The notes under the pieces are model-generated. The model did no database searches, was not told the origin of the DNA, and worked only from the letters and a program-made list of their open reading frames with translations. The position numbers and the translations under genes were made by a program. From an uncultured Lichenicoccus sp. (GTDB lineage Bacteria > Pseudomonadota > Alphaproteobacteria > Acetobacterales > Acetobacteraceae), in contig CBDCAC010000002.1 in assembly GCA_965213775.1 (NCBI GenBank), forward strand, positions 194,982 to 258,981: 64,000 nucleotides of DNA. The letters are read 5' to 3'. Below are positions 30,041 to 40,378 of the stretch, in pieces. Position 1 is the stretch's first letter. Each line of letters opens with the position of its first letter.

Positions 30041-30981
30041 GGCGGCGCCAGGGCCGCCATCATCTCGTCCCACTCGCGCCGGCTCAGCCCGCTCGCCGCC
30101 TGGTCGACGCGCTCCCCGGCCAGCATCCGGCGCAGTGCCGCCAGCATCGAGGCGGAGAAGCTGAACGCGCCGAGCCGGTATTCCTCGAACGCGGCACATG
30201 CCTGCGGCACCCAGGCCTGCACCGTGCGCAGCATCGTCTCGGCATAGACCCGGATCTCGTACTGGGCGTGCGGATCGAGGCGCAGGGCGAGGAAGTTCAG
30301 CAGGTTGTGCAGGTCGGCCTTCCAGTACCACTGGGTGTAGGTGTTGAGCGTCAGGTTCATGCGCGCCAGCTCGCGCGCGAGCCCGTAGCCCTGGCCCCCG
30401 CCCTGGTCCGCACCTTGCAGGTCGTCCGGCTCGCCGAGCATCAGCGCGTAGTGGTCGTGGCAGCGCGAGGCGTCCTCGCGCAGCAGCTCCAGCACGGCAC
30501 TCGCGGCGTCGCCCGACAGCACCGCGCCGCGTCCCTGCCGGTTGCTCTCGCTCTGGGCGGCGAGCTGCGCCGGCTCGGGGATGTAGAACTCGCGGTCCAG
30601 GATCGAGTAGCGCGCCGAGTACTCGTTGATGCTGGCCATGCGGTGGCGGATCCATTGCCGGGCGACGAAGATCGGCAGCTTCACGTGGTACTTGATCTCG
30701 CACATCTCGAACGGCGTGGAGTGGCGGTGGCGCATCAGGTAGCGGATCAGGCCGCGGTCCTCGCTCACCTTGCGGGTGCCGCGGCCGTACGACACCCGTG
30801 CGGCCTGCACGATGGCGCCGTCGTCGCCCATGTAGTCGACCACCCGGACGAAGCCGTGATCGAGCACCGGCATCGGTGCGTGCAGCAGCGCCTCCAGCGC
30901 CGGCACGGTGGCGCGCCGGGTCTGGCTGGTGTGGTCGCCGAGGGCGTGCAGCTCGGCGTGCTGGTCTGGGCTCAGGATCAT
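30037..30981 (-). CDS. thyX: flavin-dependent thymidylate synthase
   Basis: [42 protein letters not shown]. Confidence 0.96.
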   Translation of the reverse strand: MILSPDQHAELHALGDHTSQTRRATVPALEALLHAPMPVLDHGFVRVVDYMGDDGAIVQAARVSYGRGTRKVSEDRGLIRYLMRHRHSTPFEMCEIKYHVKLPIFVARQWIRHRMASINEYSARYSILDREFYIPEPAQLAAQSESNRQGRGAVLSGDAASAVLELLREDASRCHDHYALMLGEPDDLQGADQGGGQGYGLARELARMNLTLNTYTQWYWKADLHNLLNFLALRLDPHAQYEIRVYAETMLRTVQAWVPQACAAFEEYRLGAFSFSASMLAALRRMLAGERVDQAASGLSRREWDEMMAALAPP

Positions 30982-31046
30982 GAGCCGGGTGTAGCATCAG
31001 CGGAGCGGGGCCTTCCATAGCGCCTGGATCTTGACTATATGTGGTG

Positions 31047-31340
31047 CGTCGCGCTTCTCGGCTCGACTATGGCGATAAACGGTGCGTGGAATAATCGTTG
31101 TGGACCCGGGGGCAGTGCCCGGCGCCTCCACCATCCTCCGGATCCCTGGCTGCGCGGGACGGACCATGGGGGCGAAACAGGTTCGACACGCGTGGTAAAG
31201 ACGAATCTTTTGCCCGGCATTGTACCGCCGTTATCGGGCTAAAACACAGGTGCCAACGATAATTTCGAGGCGCTCGCTGTCGCTGCGTAAGTGACAAGCG
31301 CGGTTCGGGGGGGCACCGGGCAACAGAAGCCCCCCCACTC
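31047..31340 (+). ncRNA. ssrA: two-piece circularly permuted tmRNA; tag ANDNFEALAVAA at 31252-31290
   Basis: Acceptor piece ending GCCTCCACCA (31133), intervening segment, coding piece starting GGGGGCGAAACAGGTTCGAC (31168); outer boundaries approximate. Confidence 0.93.
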
Positions 31341-31375
31341 GTACGGTCGTGACGTGGACGACGGGAGACAGGCCG

Positions 31376-31999
31376 ATGCGCGATGAGACCGACGGTGACG
31401 GCCTGGCCGAGGAGGCCGGCGCGCTGCCGCCGAGCCTGCTGCCGTACGAGACCTGGATCGAGCAGGCCTACCGCGAGGTCATGATACGCGCGCTTGGATT
31501 CGCCCAGGCCCAGGGCCTGCCGGGCGCGCATCATTTCTACATCACCTTCCGCACCACGGCACCCGGCGTGCAGATCCCGACCCGCCTGCTGGCGCAGTAC
31601 CCGCAGGAGATGACCATCGTGCTGCAGCACCAGTACTGGGACCTCAAGGTCGATCCCGGCGCTGGCGCGATGAGCGTCGGGCTGTCGTTCGGCAGCGTGC
31701 CCTCGACGCTGGTGGTCCCGTTCCGCGCGATCACCGGCTTCGCCGACCCGCAGGTGCGCCTGGTGCTGCGCTTCACCGTGCCGGAGCTCGACGAGGCGCC
31801 GGCCGAGGCGGGCCTCGCGGCCCCGGCGGCCGCGCCGGTAGCCGCCGCCATCCTGGCGCCGCCGGCGTCCGAGCAGGTGCCAAGGCCGGCTCCCGAGCCG
31901 GCGGCGGCCGAGGCATCGGCGCCGGCCGAGGAGGCCGACGAGAGCCGCCAGGTGGTCAGCCTGGACGCCTTCCGGCGCCGCGGCCCCACCCCGAGCTGA
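31376..31999 (+). CDS. sspB: ClpXP adaptor SspB
   Basis: [45 protein letters not shown]; directly after ssrA. Confidence 0.92.
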   Translation: MRDETDGDGLAEEAGALPPSLLPYETWIEQAYREVMIRALGFAQAQGLPGAHHFYITFRTTAPGVQIPTRLLAQYPQEMTIVLQHQYWDLKVDPGAGAMSVGLSFGSVPSTLVVPFRAITGFADPQVRLVLRFTVPELDEAPAEAGLAAPAAAPVAAAILAPPASEQVPRPAPEPAAAEASAPAEEADESRQVVSLDAFRRRGPTPS

Positions 32000-32021
32000 C
32001 CGACCGCCGCAGGACATCAAC

Positions 32022-33695
32022 ATGGATATGTCGCCACCCGCCGAACCGCAGGCCGCGCCCGGCGCGCGCGACGGCTTCGCCTACACGCCGATGTTCCCGC
32101 TCGGCTCCGACGCCACGCCGTGGCGCAGGCTCGAGATCGAGGGCGTCTCGACGCTCGATATCGAGGGCCGGACGGTGCTGCGGATCCGGCCCGAGGCGCT
32201 CAGCGCGCTCGCCGCCGCCGCGTTCCGCGACGTCAGCCACCTGCTGCGCCCGGGACACCTGGCGCAGCTGCGCCGCATCCTCGACGACGCGGAGGCCTCC
32301 GACAACGACCGCTTCGTCGCACTCGACCTGCTGAAGAACGCCGCCATCGCCGCCGGCGGCGTGCTGCCGATGTGCCAGGACACCGGCACCGCGATCGTGT
32401 TCGGCAAGAAGGGGCAGCGCGTCTGGGTCGAGGGCGACGAGGAGGAGGCGCTGTCGTACGGGGTGCACCGCACCTACACCGAGAGCAACCTGCGCTACTC
32501 GCAGATGGCGCCGCTGACCATGTTCGACGAGGTCAACACCGGCAACAACCTGCCGGTGCAGTTCGACATCGCCGCCAGCCCCGGCGAGCATCACGCCGAC
32601 GAGCTGCAGCTGATGTTCATCGCCAAGGGCGGCGGCTCGGCCAACAAGACCTTTCTGTTCCAGGAGACCCGGGCGCTGCTGGCTTCCCGCGAGAAGCTGC
32701 TGGACTGGCTCGGCACCCGGATCCGCACGCTGGGCACGTCCGCCTGCCCGCCCTACCACCTGGCGATCGTGATCGGCGGCACCTCCGCCGAGCTCACGCT
32801 CAAGACGGTCAAGCTCGCCTCGACGCGCTGGCTCGACGCGCTGCCCACCGAGGGCAGCAAGTCCGGCCACGCCTTCCGCGACACGGTGCTGGAGCAGGAG
32901 GTGCACGCGCTGACCGGCACGCTCGGCATCGGCGCGCAGTTCGGCGGCAAGTATTTCTGCCACGACGTGCGCGTGGTGCGGCTGCCGCGGCACGGCGCCA
33001 GCCTGCCGGTGGGCATCGGCGTCTCCTGCTCGGCCGACCGCCAGATCAGGGCCAAGGTCACACCCGAGGGCATCTTTCTCGAGCAGCTCGAGACCGATCC
33101 CGCGCGCTTCCTGCCGGAGACCACCGACGCCATCCTCGGCGGCGACGTGGTCGAGATCGACCTCAACCGGCCGATGTCGGAGATACGCGCGCTGCTGTCG
33201 CGCCATCCGGTCAAGACCCGGCTGTCGCTGAGCGGGACGATCGTGGTGGCGCGCGACATCGCCCATGCCATGTTCAAGCAGCGGCTGGATCGCGGCGAGG
33301 GCCTGCCCGACTACCTCAAGGACCACCCGGTCTACTACGCCGGCCCAGCCAAGACCCCCGAGGGGATTGCCACCGGCTCGTTCGGCCCCACCACCGCCGG
33401 GCGCATGGACAGCTACGTCGCGGCCCTGCAGCAGGCCGGCGGCTCGTTCGTGATGCTGGCCAAGGGCAACCGCTCGCGCGCGGTGCGCGACGCCTGCCAG
33501 AGCTACGGCGGCTTCTATCTTGGCTCGGTGGGCGGCTCGGCGGCGCGCCTGGCGCAGGACTGCATCCGACGCGTCGAGCTGCTGGAATACCCCGAGCTCG
33601 GCATGGAGGCGGTGTGGCGCATCGAGGTGGAGCGTTTCCCGGCCTTCATCGTGATCGACGACAAGGGCCACGACTTCTACGACGGCCTGACCTGA
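32022..33695 (+). CDS. fumA: class I fumarate hydratase
   Basis: [40 protein letters not shown]. Confidence 0.95.
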   Translation: MDMSPPAEPQAAPGARDGFAYTPMFPLGSDATPWRRLEIEGVSTLDIEGRTVLRIRPEALSALAAAAFRDVSHLLRPGHLAQLRRILDDAEASDNDRFVALDLLKNAAIAAGGVLPMCQDTGTAIVFGKKGQRVWVEGDEEEALSYGVHRTYTESNLRYSQMAPLTMFDEVNTGNNLPVQFDIAASPGEHHADELQLMFIAKGGGSANKTFLFQETRALLASREKLLDWLGTRIRTLGTSACPPYHLAIVIGGTSAELTLKTVKLASTRWLDALPTEGSKSGHAFRDTVLEQEVHALTGTLGIGAQFGGKYFCHDVRVVRLPRHGASLPVGIGVSCSADRQIRAKVTPEGIFLEQLETDPARFLPETTDAILGGDVVEIDLNRPMSEIRALLSRHPVKTRLSLSGTIVVARDIAHAMFKQRLDRGEGLPDYLKDHPVYYAGPAKTPEGIATGSFGPTTAGRMDSYVAALQQAGGSFVMLAKGNRSRAVRDACQSYGGFYLGSVGGSAARLAQDCIRRVELLEYPELGMEAVWRIEVERFPAFIVIDDKGHDFYDGLT

Positions 33696-33696
33696 G

Positions 33697-34089
33697 ATGC
33701 GCTTCACCGTGGATCGGCTCGACCACATCGTCATCACCTGCCGCGACCTCGAGGTGACGTCGTCGTGGTACCAGCGCGTGCTCGGCATGGAGCGCGAGGA
33801 GTACGGCCGCAACCGGCGCTGCGCGCTGCGCTTCGGCGGCCAGAAGATCAACCTGCGGCCGCACGGCGCCGAGGGCTGGAGCACCGCCGACGACGCGCTG
33901 CCGGGCGGCCAGGATCTGTGCTTCGTCACCGCGGTGCAGGCCGAGGACATCGTCGAGCATCTCGGGCAGTGCGGTGTGGCGGTGATCGACGGTCCCACGG
34001 ACCGCATCGGCGCGCTGGGCCCGACCAGCTCGGTCTACTGCCACGATCCGGACGGCAACCTGATCGAGTTGGCCAGCTACGCCGGCTGA
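33697..34089 (+). CDS. VOC/glyoxalase family protein
   Basis: RLDHIVIT, FGGQKINL, DLCF, SVYCHDPDGNLIE. Confidence 0.88.
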   Translation: MRFTVDRLDHIVITCRDLEVTSSWYQRVLGMEREEYGRNRRCALRFGGQKINLRPHGAEGWSTADDALPGGQDLCFVTAVQAEDIVEHLGQCGVAVIDGPTDRIGALGPTSSVYCHDPDGNLIELASYAG

Positions 34090-34212
34090 GCGAACGCCCC
34101 ACCGACGATTTTCGCCCCATTGCCATCGTGATTAAGCACGTTCTACGCTCTCCAAGAGGGCAGTGCGGATCGCACGCGCTCGCGCTGTCGAATAGACGAT
34201 CGCGCCCACCTC

Positions 34213-35934
34213 ATGGTCGCCGGCGGGAACCACGCCTTGATACCCACGAAGCACGCATCGCGGCGCGCGGCGCGCGCCGCCGCCGCGATGCTCTGCGGCA
34301 CCGTGTCCTGCGCGGCCCTTCCCGTGCCGGTGCGGGCGCAGGCGCCGACGCCCTTGGCCGCTGCTGCACCGCCGGCGCAGTCGCTGACCATCCCGCCCAA
34401 TCCGCGGCAATCGCCGCGGCTGGAGCTGCAGCCGCAGTTCAACGCGCTGCCGGAGGCGCTGCACAACCCGAGCAGGCAGCAGGCGCCGACCCAGATCCAT
34501 ACTGGCGACTGGGGGGTGTTCAACCGCGACGACGGCTCGCCCGCCGGCTTCGGTCCGGTGGCGCGCTACGGCACCGCGGCCTGGGCGGAGGATTGGAGCT
34601 ACCTGCGCGACCCGTCGATGAGGAACGATGTCTTCGACCCGCTGAAGTTCATCCCGCTCGATCCGAGCAAGAGCGTCTACCTGACGCTGAGCGGCGACGA
34701 GCGGCTGAAGAACTGGTTCGAGAACCGGCCCTTCCTGGGCACGCAGAAGCCCGACGATTCCGGCCGCCTGACGGTGCGCGGCCTGTACGGCGCGGACCTG
34801 CATCTGGGTCCCAACCTGCGCGTCTTCGCCCAGCTGGTGCAGGGCGACGGCGGCGGCTGGAACGCCTACGGCTATAACGGCAGCTACCGCACCCGCCTCG
34901 ACCTGGAGCAGCTGTTCGGCGAGGTGACGCTGCCGCTCGCCGGCGCCAAGACCGGCGTGATCCTCGGCCGCCAGCAGTTCCTGGACGCGCCGAACTACGT
35001 GCTGTTCGCGCGCGAGACGCCGAACGTGCCGCTGTCTTGGAACGGCGCGCGCGGCTACGCGATCTGGCCGCGGGTGCGCATCGACCTGTTCGACTTCGTG
35101 CAGACCAACAACAACCCGGCGCCACTGTTCCGCGACGACGAGAGCTGGAACGCGCGCCTGTTCGGCGTCTACGAGAGCTGGGCGCCGCCGGACTTCCACT
35201 TCCTCGGCCGCCCCGGGCACGTGTTCCTCGACTTCTTCTATCTCGGCTACGAGTACAACGGCACCTCGGCCGCGATCCCGACCGCGTCCTCCACCGCCGC
35301 CGGCTCCAGCCTGCGCGACAATTACGGCACCCGCTTCTGGGGCAAGGCGGGGCCCGTCGAGTTCTCGCTCGGCGGCATCTACCAGGGCGGCCAGTTCCGC
35401 TACGCGAACCGCGACCGCACCCGCAGCGTGCAGGCGTACGCGGTCAACACCGTGGTCGGCGCCCGCGTCGATCAGCTCACCACCCACCCGCTGCTGGCGC
35501 TGCAGACCGACCTGTATTCGGGCGGCAACTACAACAGGAGCACCGGCAGCGTGGGCACCTATCAGCTCCCCTACAACCCCTCGACCAACTACCTCGACGC
35601 CACGACCTACCTCGCGCCCTCGAACCTGATCGATACCGGACCGGTGCTGGAGCTGGCGCCGAGCCGCACGACGCTGCTGCGGGTGAAGGTGCCGGTGTTC
35701 TGGCGCGACAGCACCGACGATGCGGTCTACGGCTCCGGCCGCACCTACAGCTTCCGCGGCAAGTACAGCGGCGGCTATGTCGGCACCACCCCGCAGGCGA
35801 CGCTGGCCTGGCGGATCACCCGCCACCTGGCATGGACCAACGACCTCGCGCGCTTCTTCGCCTCCCACGCGCTGCGCGACGCGGGCGCCTCGGGGGGCAC
35901 CTACTACCTCTCGACCCTCGACTTCCGGTTCTGA
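34213..35934 (+). CDS. alginate export family outer-membrane beta-barrel (start uncertain)
   Basis: Signal peptide ending VRA; EDWSYL, DPLKFIPL, LGRQ, RETPNV motifs; C-terminal LDFRF beta-signal. Confidence 0.8.
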   Translation: MVAGGNHALIPTKHASRRAARAAAAMLCGTVSCAALPVPVRAQAPTPLAAAAPPAQSLTIPPNPRQSPRLELQPQFNALPEALHNPSRQQAPTQIHTGDWGVFNRDDGSPAGFGPVARYGTAAWAEDWSYLRDPSMRNDVFDPLKFIPLDPSKSVYLTLSGDERLKNWFENRPFLGTQKPDDSGRLTVRGLYGADLHLGPNLRVFAQLVQGDGGGWNAYGYNGSYRTRLDLEQLFGEVTLPLAGAKTGVILGRQQFLDAPNYVLFARETPNVPLSWNGARGYAIWPRVRIDLFDFVQTNNNPAPLFRDDESWNARLFGVYESWAPPDFHFLGRPGHVFLDFFYLGYEYNGTSAAIPTASSTAAGSSLRDNYGTRFWGKAGPVEFSLGGIYQGGQFRYANRDRTRSVQAYAVNTVVGARVDQLTTHPLLALQTDLYSGGNYNRSTGSVGTYQLPYNPSTNYLDATTYLAPSNLIDTGPVLELAPSRTTLLRVKVPVFWRDSTDDAVYGSGRTYSFRGKYSGGYVGTTPQATLAWRITRHLAWTNDLARFFASHALRDAGASGGTYYLSTLDFRF

Positions 35935-36110
35935 ACGCCCGCTCCCGCTGTCTCCCCCGGGGCGTCATGCCGGTGCCACGCCTTGCCTGCGGCCGCGCGG
36001 CGCGACATTAAGCGTGTTCGTTGCGCTCACGGAGTCGCGTGGCCGCGGCGCCGTGAAAATGCCATTTCGGCATCGCAAGCCTTGCGGCCGTTGCCTGAGG
36101 GGGGATCATC

Positions 36111-37697
36111 TTGCGGCCTGTGCGACGACGTGAACTGGCGCGGCGTGCCGCCGGCGCCTCGATGGTGGCCTGGATCGGCGGCGGACCCGGTGCCGCGCGC
36201 GCCGCCGATCCGGCCCCCCGTTCGGACACCGGACCTGGCCAGCCGCCGTCCCACGACGAGCCGGGTCCGCGGCCCGGCCCGTTCGACCCCGCCAGCGTGC
36301 GCCGGCTCGCCCAGGCGATGGCGCACCGCCCCTACCGGGCGCCGGACCCAAGGCTGCCGAAGCCGATCGATCACCTGGATTTCGACCAATACCGCGCCAT
36401 CCGCTTCGTCAAGCAGCGCGCGCTGTGGCACGGGCTGGGCCTGGGCTTCGAGATCGAGTTCCTGCCGCGCGGCTTCCTCTACCGGCCGAGGATCGACATG
36501 TTCGAGGTCGCGGCCGGCCAGGCCAAGCGCGTCGGCTACGACCCGGACCTGTTCAGCTACGAGGATCCGGCACTTCGCGTGGGCGACGATCTCGGCTTCT
36601 CCGGCTTTCGCATCCATGCGGCGCTGAACCGGCCGGATTATCTCGACGAGGTGTGCGTCTTCCAGGGCGCCTCGTACTTCCGCGCGGTGGCGCGCGGCCA
36701 GGTGTACGGCCTGTCGGCGCGCGGTCTCGCCAGCGGCACCGGGAGCGCGCGCGGCGAGGAGTTCCCGCTGTTCTCGGCGTTCTGGCTGGAGCGGCCGCAG
36801 CCGGGCGACGTCGTGGTGGTGCACGCCCTGCTCGACAGCCCCGGCGTGACCGGCGCGTTCCGCTTCACCATCCGCCCCGGCGAGATGACCGTGTTCGACG
36901 TCGAATCCGTGCTCTACCCGCGACGCGACCTCGCCGAGGCGGGTGTCGCACCGCTCACCGGCATGTTCTACTTCGACGCCGACGACCGCTCGCGCGTCGA
37001 TGACTGGCGTCCGGCGGCGCATGACAGCGAAGGGCTGTCGGTCTGGACCGGGCGCGGCGAGCAGCTCTGGCGCCCGCTGGTCAACCCGGTGCAGCTGCAG
37101 TTCTCGGCACTCGGCGACAGCGGCACGCACGGCTTCGGGCTGATGCAGCGCAAGCGCGCCTTCGACGATTTCCAGGACCTGGCACTGGACTACCAGAAGC
37201 GGCCCAGCCTGTGGATCGAGCCGATCGGCGACTGGGGCGAGGGTGCGGTCGACCTGGTCGAGCTGCCGACGCCCAACGAGGTCAACGACAACATCGTCGG
37301 CTTCTGGCGTCCCCGCGAGCCGCTGCGGGCGGGCGGCGAGTACGCCTTCACCTACCGGATGCACTGGGGCTGGGACAACCCGTTCGCGACCAGGCTGGCG
37401 CGCGTGGCGCAGACCCGGATCGGTGGTGCGGACGACCATCGCGGCCGCATCGTCGCCATCGACTTCACCGGCGAGGCGGTGCGCGCGCTGCCGGCCGATG
37501 CCAGGCTGCACGCGAACCTGGGCGCATCCGCGGGTGCCGTGCGCGACGTGGTGGTCGAGCCCAACCCGGAGATCCATGGCTGGCGCATCATCTTCCGCTT
37601 CGATCCCGGCGGGGCGGCGCTGGCCGAGCTGCACTGCGCGCTGGCGAGCGACAGCGGGACGCTGTCCGAGACCTGGCTGTATCGCTGGACCCGGTGA
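36111..37697 (+). CDS. opgG: glucan biosynthesis protein G/D
   Basis: FDQYRAIRF, FQGASYFRA, YGLSARGLA, EEFP, HDSEGL, NDNIV, SETWLYRW; RR-rich signal-like N-terminus. Confidence 0.92.
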   Translation: MRPVRRRELARRAAGASMVAWIGGGPGAARAADPAPRSDTGPGQPPSHDEPGPRPGPFDPASVRRLAQAMAHRPYRAPDPRLPKPIDHLDFDQYRAIRFVKQRALWHGLGLGFEIEFLPRGFLYRPRIDMFEVAAGQAKRVGYDPDLFSYEDPALRVGDDLGFSGFRIHAALNRPDYLDEVCVFQGASYFRAVARGQVYGLSARGLASGTGSARGEEFPLFSAFWLERPQPGDVVVVHALLDSPGVTGAFRFTIRPGEMTVFDVESVLYPRRDLAEAGVAPLTGMFYFDADDRSRVDDWRPAAHDSEGLSVWTGRGEQLWRPLVNPVQLQFSALGDSGTHGFGLMQRKRAFDDFQDLALDYQKRPSLWIEPIGDWGEGAVDLVELPTPNEVNDNIVGFWRPREPLRAGGEYAFTYRMHWGWDNPFATRLARVAQTRIGGADDHRGRIVAIDFTGEAVRALPADARLHANLGASAGAVRDVVVEPNPEIHGWRIIFRFDPGGAALAELHCALASDSGTLSETWLYRWTR

Positions 37698-37699
37698 GC

Positions 37700-39865
37700 A
37701 TGTCGACGACGCAGGCGCCCGGCCCGGCCTTCGACGGCCGCTTCCTGCCCGACGAGGCGCCGATGCCGATGCGGCCGCAATCGCTCGCCGCCGCGCCGTC
37801 GTGGCAACGGCGCCCACCCGCCCGCCCGGCCACCCGCCCGCCCTGGCTCGGCGGGCGTCGGCTGCTGGTGATCGGCGGTGCCGCGCTGCTGACGCTGGCG
37901 GCCGCGCGCGAGATGTATTTCGTGCTCAACGGCGCCGGCCCCAGCGTGCTCGGCATCGTGGTGCTGGTGCTGTTCGTGGTGCTGTTCGCCTGGATCGCGC
38001 TCGCCTTCACCAGCGCGCTCGCGGGCTTCGTCTCGCTGCTGTCGCACGGCGGCATGGGGCTGGGGCTGCGTCGCGCGGGCGCGCTGCCGCCGCTCGCCAG
38101 CCGCACCGCGCTGCTGCTGCCGACCTACAACGAGGATCCGGCGCGGGTGATGGCCGGGCTGCAGGCGATGCACGAGTCGCTGCGCGCCACCGGGCGGATC
38201 GCGCAGTTCGACATCTTCATCCTGTCGGACACCAACGTCGCCGAGATCTGGATCGCCGAGCAGGCCGCCTTCCTCGCCCTGCGCGCCCGGGTGGGTGCGG
38301 CCGGGCTGTACTATCGCAGGCGACCCCGCAACACCGAGCGCAAGGCCGGCAATATCGCCGACTGGGTGCGCCGCTTCGGGGCCGCCTACCCGCAGATGAT
38401 GACGCTCGACGCCGACAGCGTGATGGAGGGGGCGAGCATCGTGCGCCTGGCATGCGCGATGGAGGCGCATCCCGGCGTCGGGCTGATCCAGACCCTGCCG
38501 GTGATCGTGGGCGGGCACACGCTGTTCGCGCGCCTGCAGCAGTTCGCCGGACGTCTGTACGGCCCGATGATCGCGCACGGCATCGCCTGGTGGCACGGCT
38601 CGGAGGGCAATTACTGGGGCCACAACGCGATCATACGCACCCGCGCCTTCGCCGAGGCCGCCGGCCTGCCGACGCTGCCGGGCCGCAAGCCGTTCGGTGG
38701 CCATATCCTGAGCCACGACTTCGTCGAGGCGGCGCTGCTGCGACGTGCCGGCTGGGCGATCCACATGGTGCCGGGCCTGTCCGGCTCCTACGAGGAGAGC
38801 CCGCCCTCGCTGACCGACATCGCGATACGCGACCGGCGCTGGTGCCAGGGCAACCTGCAGCATGCCGGCGTGCTGCCGGCGCGCGGACTGCACTGGGTCA
38901 GCCGGCTGCACCTGCTGATGGGCATCGGCTCGTACGTCACCTCGCCGCTGTGGCTGATCTTCCTGCTGTGCGGCATCGCCATCTCGCTGCAGAGCCGCTT
39001 CGTGCGACCGGCCTATTTCGGCGCCACCAAGAGCCTGTTCCCGAACTGGCCGCAGGTCGATCCGGTGCTGGCAAGGTTCGTGTTCCTGCTCACCATGTCG
39101 ATCCTGCTGGCGCCGAAGCTGCTGGCGTGGGTCGCGCTGCTGTTCGACCGCGCCGCACGGCGCGGCGCCGGCGGCGCCTGGCGGTCGCTGCTCTCGGTGC
39201 TGATCGAGACCCTGATCGGCGGCCTGATCGCGCCGGTGGCGATGCTGATCCAGACCATGGCGGTGGCCGGCATCCTGGCCGGACGCGACTCCGGCTGGAA
39301 CGCGCAGCGTCGCGACGACGGGCGGGTGAAGCTGCGCGAGGTGTGGCGCGCGTACTGGCTCTACACGCTGTTCGGGCTGATCCTCGCCGGCATCGCCTGG
39401 GCGGTGTCGCCCTCGCTGTTCCTGTGGATGACGCCGGTGCTGCTCGGCCTGACCCTGGCGGTGCCGCTGGCCGCACTGACCGCGGACCGCGCCCCCGGCC
39501 GGCTGCTGCGGCGCCTGGGGCTGCTGCGCATCCCCGAGGAGGTGTGGCCGCCTGCGATCCTGTCGCGCGCCGCAGCGCTGACCCGCACGCTGCAGGCGGA
39601 AGCGCCGGCGGATCCGTGGCGGCTGCTGCTGGACGACGCGGCGCTGCTGGCGGCGCACCGGGCGATGCTGCCGCCGGCGCGGGCGCGCGGCGAGGGGGCG
39701 ATCGACGCCGACCTCGTGCTCGGGCTCGCCCGCCTAGACGAGGCGAGCGACCTCGCGGGCGGCCTCGCGTCGCTCTCGATGCGCGAGCGCACGGCGGTGC
39801 TGGCCGATGCGCGGGGCGTCGACCGCCTGCGCGGCCTGCTCCGGCGCGCCGCGACCGGAGCCTGA
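37700..39865 (+). CDS. opgH: glucans biosynthesis glucosyltransferase H
   Basis: PTYNED, RKAGNIADW, LDADS, NYWGHNAIIR, LSHDFVEA, RDRRWCQGNLQH. Confidence 0.95.
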   Translation: MSTTQAPGPAFDGRFLPDEAPMPMRPQSLAAAPSWQRRPPARPATRPPWLGGRRLLVIGGAALLTLAAAREMYFVLNGAGPSVLGIVVLVLFVVLFAWIALAFTSALAGFVSLLSHGGMGLGLRRAGALPPLASRTALLLPTYNEDPARVMAGLQAMHESLRATGRIAQFDIFILSDTNVAEIWIAEQAAFLALRARVGAAGLYYRRRPRNTERKAGNIADWVRRFGAAYPQMMTLDADSVMEGASIVRLACAMEAHPGVGLIQTLPVIVGGHTLFARLQQFAGRLYGPMIAHGIAWWHGSEGNYWGHNAIIRTRAFAEAAGLPTLPGRKPFGGHILSHDFVEAALLRRAGWAIHMVPGLSGSYEESPPSLTDIAIRDRRWCQGNLQHAGVLPARGLHWVSRLHLLMGIGSYVTSPLWLIFLLCGIAISLQSRFVRPAYFGATKSLFPNWPQVDPVLARFVFLLTMSILLAPKLLAWVALLFDRAARRGAGGAWRSLLSVLIETLIGGLIAPVAMLIQTMAVAGILAGRDSGWNAQRRDDGRVKLREVWRAYWLYTLFGLILAGIAWAVSPSLFLWMTPVLLGLTLAVPLAALTADRAPGRLLRRLGLLRIPEEVWPPAILSRAAALTRTLQAEAPADPWRLLLDDAALLAAHRAMLPPARARGEGAIDADLVLGLARLDEASDLAGGLASLSMRERTAVLADARGVDRLRGLLRRAATGA

Positions 39866-39871
39866 GCGCAT

Positions 39872-40309
39872 ATGTTTCCCTATGTCGCCAGCCTGCTGAC
39901 CGGGATCCTGAATGCGATCCATTCCGGCACCAACGCGCAGCTCACCCACTCGCTCGGCCGTCCCTGGTGGTCCGGCGTGATCGTCTGCGTGGTCTCGGGC
40001 CTGGTGATCCTGATCGGCGCCGGCGTCAGCCGGGAGGCGCTGCCGAGCGGCGCGTCGCTCGCCGCGACGCCGTGGTGGGCGTGGCTCGGCACCGCCATCG
40101 CCGCGGTGCCGATCATCGCGACCCTGCTGTTCGCCGGCCGCCTCGGCGGCGCCGCGTTCAACGGCCTGGTGGTGACCGGCACGATCCTGTTCTCGATCGT
40201 CCTGGACCATTTCGGGCTGCTGGGCTTCAGCGTGCACCCTATCAACCTGCCGCGCATCGCAGGCGCCGCCCTGATGCTCGCCGGCCTCGGCCTGATCTGC
40301 ATGTTCTAG
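39872..40309 (+). CDS. DMT family transporter (YdcZ-like)
   Basis: NAQL, PWWAWLG, LDHFGLLG, RIAG motifs; multiple TM segments. Confidence 0.85.
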   Translation: MFPYVASLLTGILNAIHSGTNAQLTHSLGRPWWSGVIVCVVSGLVILIGAGVSREALPSGASLAATPWWAWLGTAIAAVPIIATLLFAGRLGGAAFNGLVVTGTILFSIVLDHFGLLGFSVHPINLPRIAGAALMLAGLGLICMF

Positions 40310-40310
40310 C

Positions 40311-40358
40311 CGGGGCCTGGGGCCGCCGGCCCCAGCGGGCCAAGGGCAGAGCCCGTGG
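40311..40358. repeat. dispersed palindromic repeat, half copy (family A)
   Basis: cggggcctggggcc...ggccccagcgggccaagggcagagcccgtgg; near reverse complement of 16807-16856. Confidence 0.8.
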
Positions 40359-40378
40359 ATTCTCTACCGGAGGCTTCT

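Noticed and set aside
31035-31242. Short ORFs on both strands over the ssrA locus
   Set aside because: Region is explained by the permuted tmRNA
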